Origin: Candidatus Anderseniibacteriota bacterium | GTDB taxonomy: Bacteria > Patescibacteriota > JAUYIX01 | Length of the DNA: 64,000 nt | Direction of reading: 5' to 3' | Assembly (NCBI GenBank): GCA_046350855.1 | Contig: JAXLZM010000001.1 | Span: 89,420-153,419, forward strand | Shown here: positions 29,313 through 40,058 of the stretch, piece after piece | How the letters are laid out: each line of letters starts with the position of its first letter | Numbering within the stretch: position 1 is the first letter of the stretch | Made by a program: the position numbers and the translations under genes | The notes under the pieces: generated by a model | Database searches by the model: none | Told to the model about the DNA's origin: nothing | The model's input: only the letters and a program-made list of their open reading frames with translations

Positions 29313-30626
29313 CTAGAAGGCTCGCTTAACGCGCGGGGTGTATTCGTGTTCAACCAGCTGGGACTCGAGTTTTTGCAAGGTCTCCAAAATAACCGCGACA
29401 GCAATCAAGAGGCTGGTACCACCAATGCTGATGGTTTGGATATTAAAGGTGGAACGCAGCAAAAATGGCAGAACCGCGACGACCCCCAAGAAAACCGCGC
29501 CGAGCGGGACGATGCGATACAGAACCTTAGAGAGATAGCGCGCGGTGGGTGTCCCAGGACGAATACCGGGGATAAAGCCGCCCTGCTTTTGGATGTTCTC
29601 GGCAATAGATTTAGGCTCAAAAATGATCGAGGTGTAAAAGAAGGTAAAGAGCACAACCAAGACAAAGTAGACGATGGCGTAATACGTCTGGTTATTGATG
29701 AAGTTCACAACCGCGTGGGAGATGTTTTGGACGGTTTGATTATGGACGTTGGCGGTAAAGTTAGCGATCAAGCCTGGAAACAACAAGATCGAGAGAGCAA
29801 AAATGATCGGCACCACACCGGCTTGGTTGATCCGGAGTGGTAAGTGCGTAGCCGCGCCACCCAGAGAGCCGGCCCCGCGCATCTGCCGAGCGTAGCGCAC
29901 CGGAATATTACGCTGGGCTTCTTGGATAAAGACGACCGCCGCAATCACTACGAGAGCCACCGCGATAATACCGAGCAGCGGTCCAAAGTCGGCCTGCTCA
30001 AAGGTTGCACCGGTTTGGCGGATTTGGGTTGGAATACGGGCGGTGATACCGGCAAAGATCAAGAGTGAGATCCCGTTACCCACACCGTACTCGGAGATGA
30101 GTTCGCCCAGCCACATCACGAGTACCGCGCCGGCCACGGCCACGACAAGGATCTCCGCCAGCAGGGCCGGGTTGAGGTTTTGCAAGATGTTGAGCGGTTG
30201 TCCCCCGGTTTGGGCCGAACCACGCGTAAAAATCAAAATGGTGCCGTAGCCCTGGATTACCGCCAGCGGAATCGACAAAATCCGGGTGTACTGGTTGATC
30301 TTGCGCTGACCCGCCTCGCCACCCTCTTTTTGGAGTTCATGCAGCTTGGGAATGATCTGGGTCATGAGCTGTACGATGATCGAAGCCGTAATGTAGGGAC
30401 CGGTTCCGAGGAGCACAATCGAGAGTGAGGAGAGACCACCTCCCGAAAAAATATCGAGCAAACCAACAAACTGGTTGTTGGAGATAAACTCGGCCAGTTT
30501 GGTCGTATCAACCCCCGGGAGTGGGATGTGTGCGAGAAGCCGATAGGCAATCAAAAGCGCAAACGTAATCAGAATTTTTTTGCGAACCTCTTTTGCGCGC
30601 AGAACTTTGAGAAGTTTCTTGAACAT
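29313..30626 (-). CDS. secY: Preprotein translocase SecY
   Basis: PYITASII, GNGISLLI, AGVVPIIFA, FIPGIRPG, GGTSLLI. Confidence 0.98.
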   Translation of the reverse strand: MFKKLLKVLRAKEVRKKILITFALLIAYRLLAHIPLPGVDTTKLAEFISNNQFVGLLDIFSGGGLSSLSIVLLGTGPYITASIIVQLMTQIIPKLHELQKEGGEAGQRKINQYTRILSIPLAVIQGYGTILIFTRGSAQTGGQPLNILQNLNPALLAEILVVAVAGAVLVMWLGELISEYGVGNGISLLIFAGITARIPTQIRQTGATFEQADFGPLLGIIAVALVVIAAVVFIQEAQRNIPVRYARQMRGAGSLGGAATHLPLRINQAGVVPIIFALSILLFPGLIANFTANVHNQTVQNISHAVVNFINNQTYYAIVYFVLVVLFTFFYTSIIFEPKSIAENIQKQGGFIPGIRPGTPTARYLSKVLYRIVPLGAVFLGVVAVLPFLLRSTFNIQTISIGGTSLLIAVAVILETLQKLESQLVEHEYTPRVKRAF

Positions 30627-30634
30627 GACTTTTG

Positions 30635-31141
30635 CTACTTAGTGGGCGTTACCGGCTTCTTGCTGGCTTCCTTTTTAGGTGCCGGTTTTGCTGGTTTGGG
30701 CAGCACTACTTTTCCGCCAGCTTTTTCGATCTTGGCGATAGCGGATTTAGAAGCAGCGCTCACGTAGATGGTCAGTTTTTTATTGATCTCACCGGCGCCA
30801 AGCAATTTGACCGTGCGTTGGCCCGCAGGGATAAGTCCTTTGGTCACCAGATCGTGCGGCTTAACCGTCTCCCCAGCCGTACAATGCGCGTCGAGCAGGG
30901 TCAGGTTGAGGATAGCGGGTTTAACAAAACGCGAGGTAAAACCGCGCAGTTTGGGAGTCAAACGGTAGAGCGGTGTGTGCCCACCTTCAAAACGTGGGCG
31001 CACTCCCCCGCCTGAGCGAGAATTTTGTCCCTTAGTCCCACGGCCGGCGGTCGTTCCCAGGCCCGAGCCCGTGCCACGACCCAAACGCTTTTTGGCGGTT
31101 CGGCCAGGATTTTGCAAATTGTGTAGACCGTAGGCGCTCAT
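30635..31141 (-). CDS. rplO: 50S ribosomal protein uL15
   Basis: GRGTGSG...GRGTKGQ, FEGG-x-TPL. Confidence 0.97.
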   Translation of the reverse strand: MSAYGLHNLQNPGRTAKKRLGRGTGSGLGTTAGRGTKGQNSRSGGGVRPRFEGGHTPLYRLTPKLRGFTSRFVKPAILNLTLLDAHCTAGETVKPHDLVTKGLIPAGQRTVKLLGAGEINKKLTIYVSAASKSAIAKIEKAGGKVVLPKPAKPAPKKEASKKPVTPTK

Positions 31142-31710
31142 GATTTTTTACCGACCCCTTGCTCGACATCTTTTTTGGCACGCTCGGAGTGCGCCTGTTC
31201 ACGCTGAAAGGTCCCTCGCACCGCTACGCCCCTCGTCTCGGAGAGCATCTCTGGAGTACGCAGCTGTCCCAAAGCCTCGATGGTCGCCTTGGCGTTGTTA
31301 GCGGCATTGGATGAACCAAATGTTTTAGAAATAATATTTTTGATCCCCGAGAGCTCGATCACTGGACGAACCGCACCACCCGCGATAATCCCGGTACCGG
31401 GGCGAGCCGGTTTGAGCAAGACGTCCGCTCCACCAAAGTGCACCCGCACCTGGTGCGGAATGGTGTCGTTGACGATTGGAATCTCGACCAAATTTTTGCG
31501 GGCGATGCGTGAGGCTTTTTCGACCGAGTTACTTACGTCGCGACCTTTGGCCATACCAAATCCGACGCGCCCTTTGCGGTCACCTAAGACAACGGCCGCA
31601 CGAAACTTAAAACGCTTACCACCTGCCACGACACGCGCCACGCGTGCCAAATCAACCATCTTGTGGTCAAACTCGCTCTTTGGTTTTCTACCTCGTGGTC
31701 TACGGTCCAT
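31138..31710 (-). CDS. rpsE: 30S ribosomal protein uS5
   Basis: RVARVVAGGKRF, PARPGTGIIAGG. Confidence 0.97.
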   Translation of the reverse strand: MDRRPRGRKPKSEFDHKMVDLARVARVVAGGKRFKFRAAVVLGDRKGRVGFGMAKGRDVSNSVEKASRIARKNLVEIPIVNDTIPHQVRVHFGGADVLLKPARPGTGIIAGGAVRPVIELSGIKNIISKTFGSSNAANNAKATIEALGQLRTPEMLSETRGVAVRGTFQREQAHSERAKKDVEQGVGKKS

Positions 31711-31724
31711 GGCTAGATACTACA

Positions 31725-32078
31725 TTAAAATTTGAGTCCGGCTTTGCGCGCAGCCTCGGCTACCGCAGCAATGCGACCGTGATAGGCACGACCGGCACGG
31801 TCAAAGACAACCTGCTTGATGCCTTTTTTGAGAGCCTGCTCTGCCAACTGTGTAGCGGCAGCGGCGGCCCGTTCGGTCTTAGTTTTCTTTTTGAACTCCT
31901 GGTCACGCACGGCCAAGAGCGTAACGCCTTTGGCGTCGTCGATCAGCTGGAGATACATACCCGTGTTGCTGCGCGAGGCCACCAAACGTGGGCGGCTAGC
32001 CGAACCAACCAAACGTGAGCGAATCCGCCGGACACGCGCCAGACGAGTGTGCTGCTTTTGTGCCGATTTAGAAATCAT
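31725..32078 (-). CDS. rplR: 50S ribosomal protein uL18
   Basis: RPRL..RSN, VVFDR..YHGR, ARKAGL. Confidence 0.97.
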   Translation of the reverse strand: MISKSAQKQHTRLARVRRIRSRLVGSASRPRLVASRSNTGMYLQLIDDAKGVTLLAVRDQEFKKKTKTERAAAAATQLAEQALKKGIKQVVFDRAGRAYHGRIAAVAEAARKAGLKF

Positions 32079-32626
32079 CCGGCACCTCCGGCAGCTTCAC
32101 CCGCAGCTTTTTTACCTTCTTTTTGGCGCACGTACTCACCCAAGTATCGGATCCCCTTACCTTTGTAGGGCTCGGGTGGACGCAAGGCGCGGACGGTAGC
32201 CGCAAAGGTGCCGAGCTGCTCGGCATTGTGTCCTGTCAAAATGATCTGGTTTTTTTGGACCTTAGCTGCGATACCTTCGGGCAAGGGCACCGCTACCTCA
32301 TGGGAGAACCCGAGCTCGAGTTTGAGTAGTTTTCCGGCAACCGCGGCGCGGTAGCCCACGCCGTTGACCTCGAGCGTTTTAGTAAAGCCCGTGGTCGTCC
32401 CCGTCACCATACTGCGAAGCAAAGCGTGCGCCAAACCCCAACGGGCCGCATCACCGTGCGCGGTTTTTTCGACGTGCAGTTCTTTATCTTTAGTAATTTT
32501 GACACCTAAGCCAGCAAAGTTGCGCTGGATCTCACCCTTGGGACCTTTAATGGTGACAAGTCGATCCGCGAGAGTAACCGTGACACCCGCTGGAATTGCG
32601 ATAGGTTTTTTAGCAAGACGAGACAT
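32075..32626 (-). CDS. rplF: 50S ribosomal protein uL6
   Basis: [26 protein letters not shown]. Confidence 0.97.
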   Translation of the reverse strand: MSRLAKKPIAIPAGVTVTLADRLVTIKGPKGEIQRNFAGLGVKITKDKELHVEKTAHGDAARWGLAHALLRSMVTGTTTGFTKTLEVNGVGYRAAVAGKLLKLELGFSHEVAVPLPEGIAAKVQKNQIILTGHNAEQLGTFAATVRALRPPEPYKGKGIRYLGEYVRQKEGKKAAGEAAGGAG

Positions 32627-32634
32627 CGCAGTAA

Positions 32635-33066
32635 TTACCAAAGAGTGCAGACCACCTCGCCACCAACCTTGCGCTTGCGCGCTTGGCCGTCGGTCAAGAG
32701 ACCTTGCGGAGTCGATAAAATTGCCATACCGAGACCCTGATTGACCCGTGGGATCTGTCGGTTAGACACATAAATACGTTGACCAGGTTTGCTAATGCGT
32801 TTAACGCCGCGCAGGGCGGGCTGGCGGGCTGGAGCAGCCCCGTACTTAAGGGTCAGGACCAGTTCGGCAAAAAGGGCGGCGCCTTTAGCGCCCTTAGCCT
32901 CACTCGGTTTAGCAACTTCGGCCGCCTGTAAAAAGCCGGACTTGACCAAGACCTGGGCCAGAGCGACTTTGAGCTGCGAGCTCGGTAACCGCACCTCGTC
33001 CTTGTGGACGAGGTAGCCGTTACGGATGCGGGTCAGCATATCTGCGATGGGATCAGAGACAGGCAT
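32635..33066 (-). CDS. rpsH: 30S ribosomal protein uS8 (with an Ala/Lys insertion)
   Basis: DPIADMLTRIRN, SKPGQRIY, GGEV. Confidence 0.97.
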   Translation of the reverse strand: MPVSDPIADMLTRIRNGYLVHKDEVRLPSSQLKVALAQVLVKSGFLQAAEVAKPSEAKGAKGAALFAELVLTLKYGAAPARQPALRGVKRISKPGQRIYVSNRQIPRVNQGLGMAILSTPQGLLTDGQARKRKVGGEVVCTLW

Positions 33067-33069
33067 GGC

Positions 33070-33255
33070 TTACCAAGATGCTTTTTTAACGCCGGGCAAT
33101 TTGCCCTCGCTGGCGAGACGACGAAAATCAATGCGACACAGGCCAAACTTACGCATATAGCCTCGTTTACGACCACAGTACCAGCAACGCCGAACCACCC
33201 GAGTGGTGAACTTGGGTTTTTTAGCGGCAGCAATTAAGAGTGATTTACGAGGCAT
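33070..33255 (-). CDS. rpsN: 30S ribosomal protein uS14, short zinc type
   Basis: [22 protein letters not shown]. Confidence 0.96.
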   Translation of the reverse strand: MPRKSLLIAAAKKPKFTTRVVRRCWYCGRKRGYMRKFGLCRIDFRRLASEGKLPGVKKASW

Positions 33256-33260
33256 AGGTC

Positions 33261-33932
33261 TTAGGCTTTAGGCGGAGCGGCTTGTTCTGTTGCACCAGCG
33301 GCGGCAGTTTTAGCGGCTTTAGCCTTAGCATGAGCGAGCAAGCTAGCACGGTTTGTACCGGCTGTCATCTCCTCGGCCTGCTTGAGATCCGAGGCACTTT
33401 TAGCAAACGGCATGCCCAGTTCGTCAAGGAGGGCGCGGGCTTCTGTATTAGTCTCGGCGGTGGTCGTAATGGTGACTTGGACTCCATGTGTTTTTTCGAC
33501 TTGGTCAAAGGGAACTTCTGGAAAAACGTTTTGCTCTTTGAGTCCGAGCGAATAATTACCATGGCCATCAAAGGATTGGGGGTTGACTCCTCTAAAGTCG
33601 CGCACCCGCGGCAAGGTCACGTTAATGAGCTTGTCTAAAAAGTTTTCCATACGCGCACCACGTAAGGTGACCTGCACACCCACCACTTGGCCTTGGCGCA
33701 ATTTAAATGAGGCGATTGATTTTTTGGCGCGGCGGATGGCGGGTTGCTGGCCGGTAATCTTACGCAAGGTATCAATCACGATCTCACGGGCTTTTTCGTC
33801 ATCGACGCGGCCGGTTCCGACCGAGACGATTACACTCGTCAAACGAGGCACCTGGTGCACGTTGGTATAGCCGAACTTTTTAGTTAAGCTCGGGACGATC
33901 GTTTTGAGATAGCGCTCGTGTAGTCGGGTCAT
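33261..33932 (-). CDS. rplE: 50S ribosomal protein uL5 (C-terminal extension)
   Basis: [20 protein letters not shown]. Confidence 0.97.
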   Translation of the reverse strand: MTRLHERYLKTIVPSLTKKFGYTNVHQVPRLTSVIVSVGTGRVDDEKAREIVIDTLRKITGQQPAIRRAKKSIASFKLRQGQVVGVQVTLRGARMENFLDKLINVTLPRVRDFRGVNPQSFDGHGNYSLGLKEQNVFPEVPFDQVEKTHGVQVTITTTAETNTEARALLDELGMPFAKSASDLKQAEEMTAGTNRASLLAHAKAKAAKTAAAGATEQAAPPKA

Positions 33933-33934
33933 GG

Positions 33935-34309
33935 CTAGTTCTTTTTAGCTTTTTGCGCGGGGGCTTTTTTGGTGGCGGCAGCTTTTTGCACGATCGGCTT
34001 TTTACATTTGCGACAGATGCGGATTTTTTTAGCCTGTTCACCCGTGCCCTGCGTCTCAAAACCAACACGAGTGGGCTTGCCACACGACGGACAGAGCAAA
34101 GCCACGTTTGCGATGCTGATCGGGCCGGTGAGCTCGATGCGCTGACCCGACTCCCCTTTGCGTTGGGGCTTGATGTGTCGGTAAATCTTGTTGACACCCT
34201 CGACCACAACCAGTTTTTCCTCAGCAAAGACCTGAGTGACTTTTCCTTTTTTGCCGCGGTACTTACCTGCGCTAACCAGTACCGTATCGTTTTGCATGAT
34301 CTTGAGCAT
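33935..34309 (-). CDS. rplX: 50S ribosomal protein uL24
   Basis: GKYRGKKG KOW motif, VEGVN, CPSC, CRKC. Confidence 0.96.
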   Translation of the reverse strand: MLKIMQNDTVLVSAGKYRGKKGKVTQVFAEEKLVVVEGVNKIYRHIKPQRKGESGQRIELTGPISIANVALLCPSCGKPTRVGFETQGTGEQAKKIRICRKCKKPIVQKAAATKKAPAQKAKKN

Positions 34310-34311
34310 GG

Positions 34312-34683
34312 CTAGAGTACCTCCGGCGCTAGTGAGATAATGCGCTGATAGCCGCGCTCGCGCAGCTCGCGCGGCACCGGTCCAAAAATACGCGTTCCCC
34401 GAATATCAGTAGTATCTTTAACAATGATCACAGCGGCGTTGTCATCAAAACGGATGTAGCTCCCATCCCCCCGACGAAAATTCTGACGTTGTCGCACGAT
34501 CACGGCATGCACGACTTCCTTCTTTTTGACGACACCATCCGGCAGAGCCTCTTTGACCACGGCCGTAACTTTGTCGCCGATACAAGCATAGCGACGCTTA
34601 GCACCCGCGTGTACACGCATAACCTCCAGCAAGCGTGCGCCGGTGTTGTCCGCTACTTTTACGTTGGAGTAAATCTGAATCAT
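34312..34683 (-). CDS. rplN: 50S ribosomal protein uL14
   Basis: [29 protein letters not shown]. Confidence 0.98.
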   Translation of the reverse strand: MIQIYSNVKVADNTGARLLEVMRVHAGAKRRYACIGDKVTAVVKEALPDGVVKKKEVVHAVIVRQRQNFRRGDGSYIRFDDNAAVIIVKDTTDIRGTRIFGPVPRELRERGYQRIISLAPEVL

Positions 34684-34961
34684 ACGACCACCCGCCAGTG
34701 TTTACGTTTAGAGTAGGGCCGGGATTCAATAATGGTGACGGCTTGTCCGACCTGGAGCGGCGCGGCCCCCACCTTGCTCTGCGTACTTACCTGCGCCAAA
34801 AAACGCTTGCTACGACTGTAGCGTTTAAAATATTTGGGGTGACTCAGTAGTTCGGTCACTTCGACCACGGCGGTTTGGGGGCTACTGAGACGCACGATCA
34901 CACCACGCTTGGTGCGCTTAGTCAGTTGAGTTTTGGAGCTGGTTTTTGTAACTGGAGACAT
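34680..34961 (-). CDS. rpsQ: 30S ribosomal protein uS17
   Basis: [15 protein letters not shown]. Confidence 0.94.
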   Translation of the reverse strand: MSPVTKTSSKTQLTKRTKRGVIVRLSSPQTAVVEVTELLSHPKYFKRYSRSKRFLAQVSTQSKVGAAPLQVGQAVTIIESRPYSKRKHWRVVV

Positions 34962-34972
34962 GGCGGTTGAAT

Positions 34973-35170
34973 TTAGCGGGCCTCACCTAAAATGGTTTGG
35001 ACCTTGGCGATCGAGCGACGCAGACTCTTAATCTCATGCATTTTTTTGAGCTGACCCGAGCGTGCCTCAAACTGCTTAGCACGCAATTGCTCGTGCATCT
35101 GGCTCAACAATTTGGTCAGGTCGCTGGCACTGCGTTTGCGCAAGTCAGCCACGGTCAAAATGTTAGCCAT
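34973..35170 (-). CDS. rpmC: 50S ribosomal protein uL29
   Basis: Operon position; [13 protein letters not shown]. Confidence 0.92.
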   Translation of the reverse strand: MANILTVADLRKRSASDLTKLLSQMHEQLRAKQFEARSGQLKKMHEIKSLRRSIAKVQTILGEAR

Positions 35171-35576
35171 GACGCACCACCACTTTTGTTTTTACTGGCA
35201 TCTTATGTCGTGCCAATTCCATCGCCTCATGGGCCATTTTTTTGGACAAGCCATCCACCTCAAACAAAATTCGACCTGGTCGAACCACCGCGACAAAATG
35301 ATCCACGCCGCCCTTGCCTTTACCCATCGGGAGTTCTGCCCCCTTAGCGGTAATGGGCTTATCCGGAAAAATCCTGATCCAAACCCGACCGCCACGCTGC
35401 ATCAAACGAGTCATGGCGCGACGTGCGGCCTCGATTTGACGGGCGGTAATCCAAGCGGCCTCGGTGGCCTTGAGTCCGTAGCTGCCAAAGGCGAGCTCGG
35501 TTCCGCGGTGCTCGGGGGTCTCCTGTACAATCCCCACGTGCCATTTACGATGTTTTACTTTTTTGGGCAACAACAT
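35163..35576 (-). CDS. rplP: 50S ribosomal protein uL16
   Basis: [22 protein letters not shown]. Confidence 0.98.
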   Translation of the reverse strand: MLLPKKVKHRKWHVGIVQETPEHRGTELAFGSYGLKATEAAWITARQIEAARRAMTRLMQRGGRVWIRIFPDKPITAKGAELPMGKGKGGVDHFVAVVRPGRILFEVDGLSKKMAHEAMELARHKMPVKTKVVVRHG

Positions 35577-35578
35577 GG

Positions 35579-36307
35579 CTAGCTCGTACCTCCCCCTGCT
35601 CGTGCACCCCGCGTCGGGGCGGTCAGCTGACGCTGGCCGGTGACGGTGGGACGAGTAGCGTTTTGTTCAACTTCGCGACCAAAGCGTTTGCCTTTGTAGG
35701 CCCAGACTTTGACGCCAATTGCACCATAGGTAGTACGCGCGGTGACGCGAGCAAAATCAACGTCAGCGCGCAAGGTGTGGAGCGGCACACTGCCCTCGAC
35801 GGCCCACTCGGTACGAGACATGTCTGCCCCGTTGAGACGACCGGACAGAGCGATACGCACACCCTGCAATCCAGCACTACGACCACGCTCAACGGCCGAG
35901 CGCAGAGCCCGACGGAACGGAATACGTTTTTCGATCTGCTCGGCCACGTTGAGACCGATTAGACGCGCGTCACGATCTGGATCGCGCACTTCTTCGATAT
36001 TGAGTTTGACCTGTGGACGACCTTTGACGCGGCGTGCAATTTCTTTGCGCAGTTCCTCCGCCCCAGCACCCCCGCGACCGATAATGACTCCCGGACGACT
36101 GGTGTAAATACTCACGGTAATGCCACGCATCGAGCGGTCGATAGTAATCCGCGAGACAAATGCACTCTTGAGCTTTTTAAGCAGCCAATCGCGCAAGGTC
36201 ACGTCCTCTTGGATCAAGGTTCGGTAGGTGCGTTCGTTAAACCAGCGCGACTGCCAGTCGTAGAGCGTTCCGATTCTAAAGCTGACGGGGTTAACTTTGT
36301 GTCCCAT
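35579..36307 (-). CDS. rpsC: 30S ribosomal protein uS3
   Basis: MGHKVNP, PGVIIG, GRLNGA, PLHTLRA. Confidence 0.98.
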   Translation of the reverse strand: MGHKVNPVSFRIGTLYDWQSRWFNERTYRTLIQEDVTLRDWLLKKLKSAFVSRITIDRSMRGITVSIYTSRPGVIIGRGGAGAEELRKEIARRVKGRPQVKLNIEEVRDPDRDARLIGLNVAEQIEKRIPFRRALRSAVERGRSAGLQGVRIALSGRLNGADMSRTEWAVEGSVPLHTLRADVDFARVTARTTYGAIGVKVWAYKGKRFGREVEQNATRPTVTGQRQLTAPTRGARAGGGTS

Positions 36308-36309
36308 GG

Positions 36310-36879
36310 CTATTTCATTTTAGTCTGACGGATCACGGACGGACGTTTGGGTTCTGCCTTAGGCGCTGTAGTAGTTGCGGCCTTTGCTGGACGAACCCGG
36401 GCGGCCTGCTTAGTAGAGGTAGCCGATTTAGTGCTGGCGCGCTCCACTAAGACCACATCGATGTGGCTAAAGCGTTTGCGAATCCGATAGGCCCGACCCT
36501 GGGCGCGTGGCATCATGCGCGGCAACTCCATACTCTGACCCACACGGATCGACTCGATCCAGGTTTGTTTGGCATCCATGTCGTAATTGTGGGTGGCGTT
36601 GGCGCGAGCAGACTTAATGGCTTTGTGCACGGCTACCCCTGCGCGCTTTGGCAAGGTAACGAGTAAGGCCTCGGCTTGTAAAACGGGTAACCCTCGCACC
36701 AGCGCGGCGATGCGCTGCACTTTTTGAGGTGCCATGTGAATATAACGGATGTGCGCCTCGGCCTGCTTGCGCGAGTTTAGCTTTACAGAGGTCCGTGCGG
36801 GCACGCCTGCAGCTCGACGAGTCACCAGTGACTTGCCTGCCTTAGCGGGCTTGCGATTTTTGAGGGCGCGGGTTGCCAT
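36310..36879 (-). CDS. rplV: 50S ribosomal protein uL22 (N- and C-terminal extensions)
   Basis: SARANA, PRAQGRA, SHI. Confidence 0.95.
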   Translation of the reverse strand: MATRALKNRKPAKAGKSLVTRRAAGVPARTSVKLNSRKQAEAHIRYIHMAPQKVQRIAALVRGLPVLQAEALLVTLPKRAGVAVHKAIKSARANATHNYDMDAKQTWIESIRVGQSMELPRMMPRAQGRAYRIRKRFSHIDVVLVERASTKSATSTKQAARVRPAKAATTTAPKAEPKRPSVIRQTKMK

Positions 36880-36884
36880 GCTCG

Positions 36885-37271
36885 TTACTTAGCTCCCTTG
36901 GGCTTGGCGGCCGGTTTAGCAACGGGGGTCGCTTTAGTACTGGGGGTGGCACCCGGAGCACCCGCGCCAGGCGTTGCGGCGGGGGCAGCGGCGGCGGCTT
37001 CTTCTTCCTTAGCCATCCGACCACCGTGACGCACAAATTTACGCGTAAAGGAGAACTCACCTAGCTTGTGGCCCACCATCTGTTCGGTCACGTACACGGG
37101 AATGTGCTCGCGTCCGTTGTGCACCCCAAAGGTAAAGCCAACCATCTCTGGCGTAATCGTGGCGCCGCGCTTCCATACCTTAATGACCGTCTTACTTCCG
37201 GAGCCAAGTTTTTTGACCTTGGCGAGCAGCCGTTCATCGATATATGGGCCTTTTTTGAGTGATCTGGACAT
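36885..37271 (-). CDS. rpsS: 30S ribosomal protein uS19 (Ala/Pro/Lys tail)
   Basis: [20 protein letters not shown]. Confidence 0.97.
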   Translation of the reverse strand: MSRSLKKGPYIDERLLAKVKKLGSGSKTVIKVWKRGATITPEMVGFTFGVHNGREHIPVYVTEQMVGHKLGEFSFTRKFVRHGGRMAKEEEAAAAAPAATPGAGAPGATPSTKATPVAKPAAKPKGAK

Positions 37272-37314
37272 GGGTGAGACTCTGTACTGTTAGGGTGTCT
37301 TTGTCAAGTATGGA

Positions 37315-38163
37315 TTACGTGCGTTTGAGCTTACCTTTGCGGGGTTTGACGATAAACCGATTGGACTTTTTGTTGGGGTCGCGCGTCTTAACACCCAAGG
37401 CCGGTTTACCCCAGGGGGTTTTAGGATGCTTAAGTCCGATTGGCGAGTGACCTTCGCCTCCACCGTGCGGGTGATCGACCGGGTTCATGTTTTTACCTTT
37501 GACATGCGGACGAACCCCGAGCCAACGCATCCGACCAGCTTTACTCTTGCGCTCGTTGGCGTGATCGATGTTAGAGACCTGCCCGACGGAAGCAAGCGCC
37601 TCTTTATTAAAGAGTCGGATTTCACCCGAGGGCATTTTAATCTGCACCGACTCGCCTTCTTTAGCAGCAATGGTGGCTTGGTTACCGGCGCTACGCGCGA
37701 TTTTGGCGCCTTTACCTGGCTCGAGTTCAATCTGAGAAATAACGATACCGGTTGGAATATGCTTAAGTGGCATACGGTTACCCGGGTTGAGGTCGATCTT
37801 TTTGCGGCTAGAGAGTACGGACTGGCCAGCCGTGAGACCAACAACGGCGTTAATGTAGCGACGCTCACCATCGCCGTAGAGTACTAAAGCGATACGGCTG
37901 GAGCGGTACGGATCGTACTCGATGCGCTCGACCTTGCCGGTCACGTCAAACTTGTCCTGCACAAAATCGACCAAGCGATAGCGGCGTTTGTTGCCGGAAC
38001 CACGGTGATGCATGGTGATTTTACCTTGGTTGTTGCGACCGGCTTGCTCGGCGTGGCCTTCTACTAATTTTTTGTGGGGCTTGCCACGGTGCATACCAGA
38101 GAAATCCGCTCCGTAGAGTTTGCGCTGTCCGTTGCTAACTGGTCGTTGGATCTTAAGGGCCAT
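37315..38163 (-). CDS. rplB: 50S ribosomal protein uL2
   Basis: GRNNQG, IEYDP, RSAG, MNPVDHPHGGGEG. Confidence 0.98.
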   Translation of the reverse strand: MALKIQRPVSNGQRKLYGADFSGMHRGKPHKKLVEGHAEQAGRNNQGKITMHHRGSGNKRRYRLVDFVQDKFDVTGKVERIEYDPYRSSRIALVLYGDGERRYINAVVGLTAGQSVLSSRKKIDLNPGNRMPLKHIPTGIVISQIELEPGKGAKIARSAGNQATIAAKEGESVQIKMPSGEIRLFNKEALASVGQVSNIDHANERKSKAGRMRWLGVRPHVKGKNMNPVDHPHGGGEGHSPIGLKHPKTPWGKPALGVKTRDPNKKSNRFIVKPRKGKLKRT

Positions 38164-38168
38164 GGCGA

Positions 38169-38639
38169 TTAGCGTTCTGATTCAAAAAATTCGATGTGTT
38201 CACCCTTAGCCAACGTGACGTAGGCCTTGCGTTGGTCCGCACGGTAGCCCGAGCGCAGCGCAAAGTTTTTGGGTTTGCCATGCGCATTGACCACACTGAC
38301 GTGTTGCGGATGTACGCTATACAAAGCTGCTACTGCTCGAGCAATCTCGATCTTGTTGGCCTTGGGGGTCACCGCAAAAACAAACGTACCCGACTCGGCC
38401 AGACGAGCAGCCTTCTCGGTTACGATCGGCCCGAGTAAAATACCATAGCTGTGGGTCTCGCCGCTCTGAGATTTTTTGCCCCGGGCGGGTGCCTTTTTAG
38501 CAGTCGCCTTGCTGACCACAGCGGTTGTAGCGGCCGGTTTTTGAACCCGGCCAAACAAACCACGCTTAGTCCCGCGGGCCTGCTGCTGCGCATCGCGCTG
38601 CTCTTTTTCTTGCTTTTTACGCTGCCAAAACCAAGCCAT
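38169..38639 (-). CDS. rplW: 50S ribosomal protein uL23 (~60-aa N-terminal extension)
   Basis: PIVTEK, ANKIEI, KAYVTL. Confidence 0.95.
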   Translation of the reverse strand: MAWFWQRKKQEKEQRDAQQQARGTKRGLFGRVQKPAATTAVVSKATAKKAPARGKKSQSGETHSYGILLGPIVTEKAARLAESGTFVFAVTPKANKIEIARAVAALYSVHPQHVSVVNAHGKPKNFALRSGYRADQRKAYVTLAKGEHIEFFESER

Positions 38640-38641
38640 AG

Positions 38642-39283
38642 TTACTCCTTGCCTCCGTAGGTTTTGGTGACGAGCGCCAAGGCCGCTTTATCGATGACGA
38701 CAGTGGCGTGCGCCATCAAGTCCAAGACGTTGAGGTTAGTCGCAAGCTGCGTTTTAACCCGCGCGATGTTGCGGGCCGAGCGCTCTACGTTGTCACTATG
38801 TTTTGGCAATACCAACAGCATGCCGCGCTTACTGGGCAACTTACCAAGGAGCGTGGCGAGGGGCTTAGTCTTGATGCCCGAGAGTGTGAGTGCATCCAGC
38901 ACGATGACCGCCTCGTTAGTGGCGGCCAAACTCAAGGCACCCACGATCGCCTTGCGACGCTCTTTGCGGTTAATCTTAAGCGTAAAATTACGCTCGTTAC
39001 GCGGTCCAAAAACCACACCACCCTTGCGCCATTGCGGCGAACGAATAGAACCTTGACGAGCACGACCAGTCCCCTTTTGCTTCCATGGTTTACGACCGCC
39101 ACCTCGGCGCTCCGCCCGCGTTTTAGTATGCGCCAAAACCTGGCGGGCGTTGTTGCGCTGGGCCACTGCGGCACGCGTCAGCAACGTGGGCGAGACCGGG
39201 GTACCAAAGATAGCCGAGTCTAACGTAATCGAATCGATTTTTTTGCCGTCCATCGAGTAGACTGGGGCGGTTAGTTTTTTCAT
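38642..39283 (-). CDS. rplD: 50S ribosomal protein uL4
   Basis: GGGRKPWKQKGTGRARQGSIRSP. Confidence 0.98.
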   Translation of the reverse strand: MKKLTAPVYSMDGKKIDSITLDSAIFGTPVSPTLLTRAAVAQRNNARQVLAHTKTRAERRGGGRKPWKQKGTGRARQGSIRSPQWRKGGVVFGPRNERNFTLKINRKERRKAIVGALSLAATNEAVIVLDALTLSGIKTKPLATLLGKLPSKRGMLLVLPKHSDNVERSARNIARVKTQLATNLNVLDLMAHATVVIDKAALALVTKTYGGKE

Positions 39284-40026
39284 TTCTTTTTCTCCTTCTT
39301 GGGAGCTTGAGCGGCGTTCTGTTCAGCCGGAGCAGCACTGGGCAAGGCCTTGCGCTCTTTGAGTGGGTGACGCACGGCCGTCCCGGTTGGGATCAAATAC
39401 ACCCAGCTGCGGACCGCACCCGGTACATTGCCCTTAATCAAAACCGTACGAGTTGCGGCATTAACACTGACCACTTCGAGTTTTTTGAGGGTGGCAGTAG
39501 CATCTCCCATGTGACCAGCCATGCGACGACCGGGCATAACGTGCTGCGGATGGCCTGAGTTGATCGCTCCCGGTGCGCGCAAGTTATCTTTGTGTCCGTG
39601 GCTAGCGGGGCCTCCCTTAAAGTGGTGGCGTTTAACGACTCCCTGGAACCCGCGGCCTTTAGAAGTGCCCTGGACATCGATAGCAGAACCGGCTTCGAGA
39701 CCTTTTACGTCGCTCAGCTTAAGCTCCGCACCTGGTTTAAAGTTTGCGAGTTCTTTTGCCTCCACGCGAACTTCAAACAACGTACGAGCATTAACTCCAC
39801 TGGCCTTGAGATGGCCGAGTTGCGGCATCGCAATGACGCGCTGGGCTTTCTTGGTATCAGCCTCAATCCGGGTACCAATTTGCACGGCAGTATACCCGTC
39901 TCGCTCGGCGGTTTTTACAGCGATGACCCGTGCCTCTGGCACATGGACGATCGTGACCGGCACCGTTGCACCATCGGGTGCAAAGACCTGCGTCATTCCA
40001 ATTTTTTGACCAAGTAGAGTTAGCAT
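39280..40026 (-). CDS. rplC: 50S ribosomal protein uL3
   Basis: KIGMTQ, DGY, SKGRGFQG, MAGHMG. Confidence 0.98.
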   Translation of the reverse strand: MLTLLGQKIGMTQVFAPDGATVPVTIVHVPEARVIAVKTAERDGYTAVQIGTRIEADTKKAQRVIAMPQLGHLKASGVNARTLFEVRVEAKELANFKPGAELKLSDVKGLEAGSAIDVQGTSKGRGFQGVVKRHHFKGGPASHGHKDNLRAPGAINSGHPQHVMPGRRMAGHMGDATATLKKLEVVSVNAATRTVLIKGNVPGAVRSWVYLIPTGTAVRHPLKERKALPSAAPAEQNAAQAPKKEKKK

Positions 40027-40058
40027 ATGCGACTCACCACGCTTTGTGTCGCGTATGC

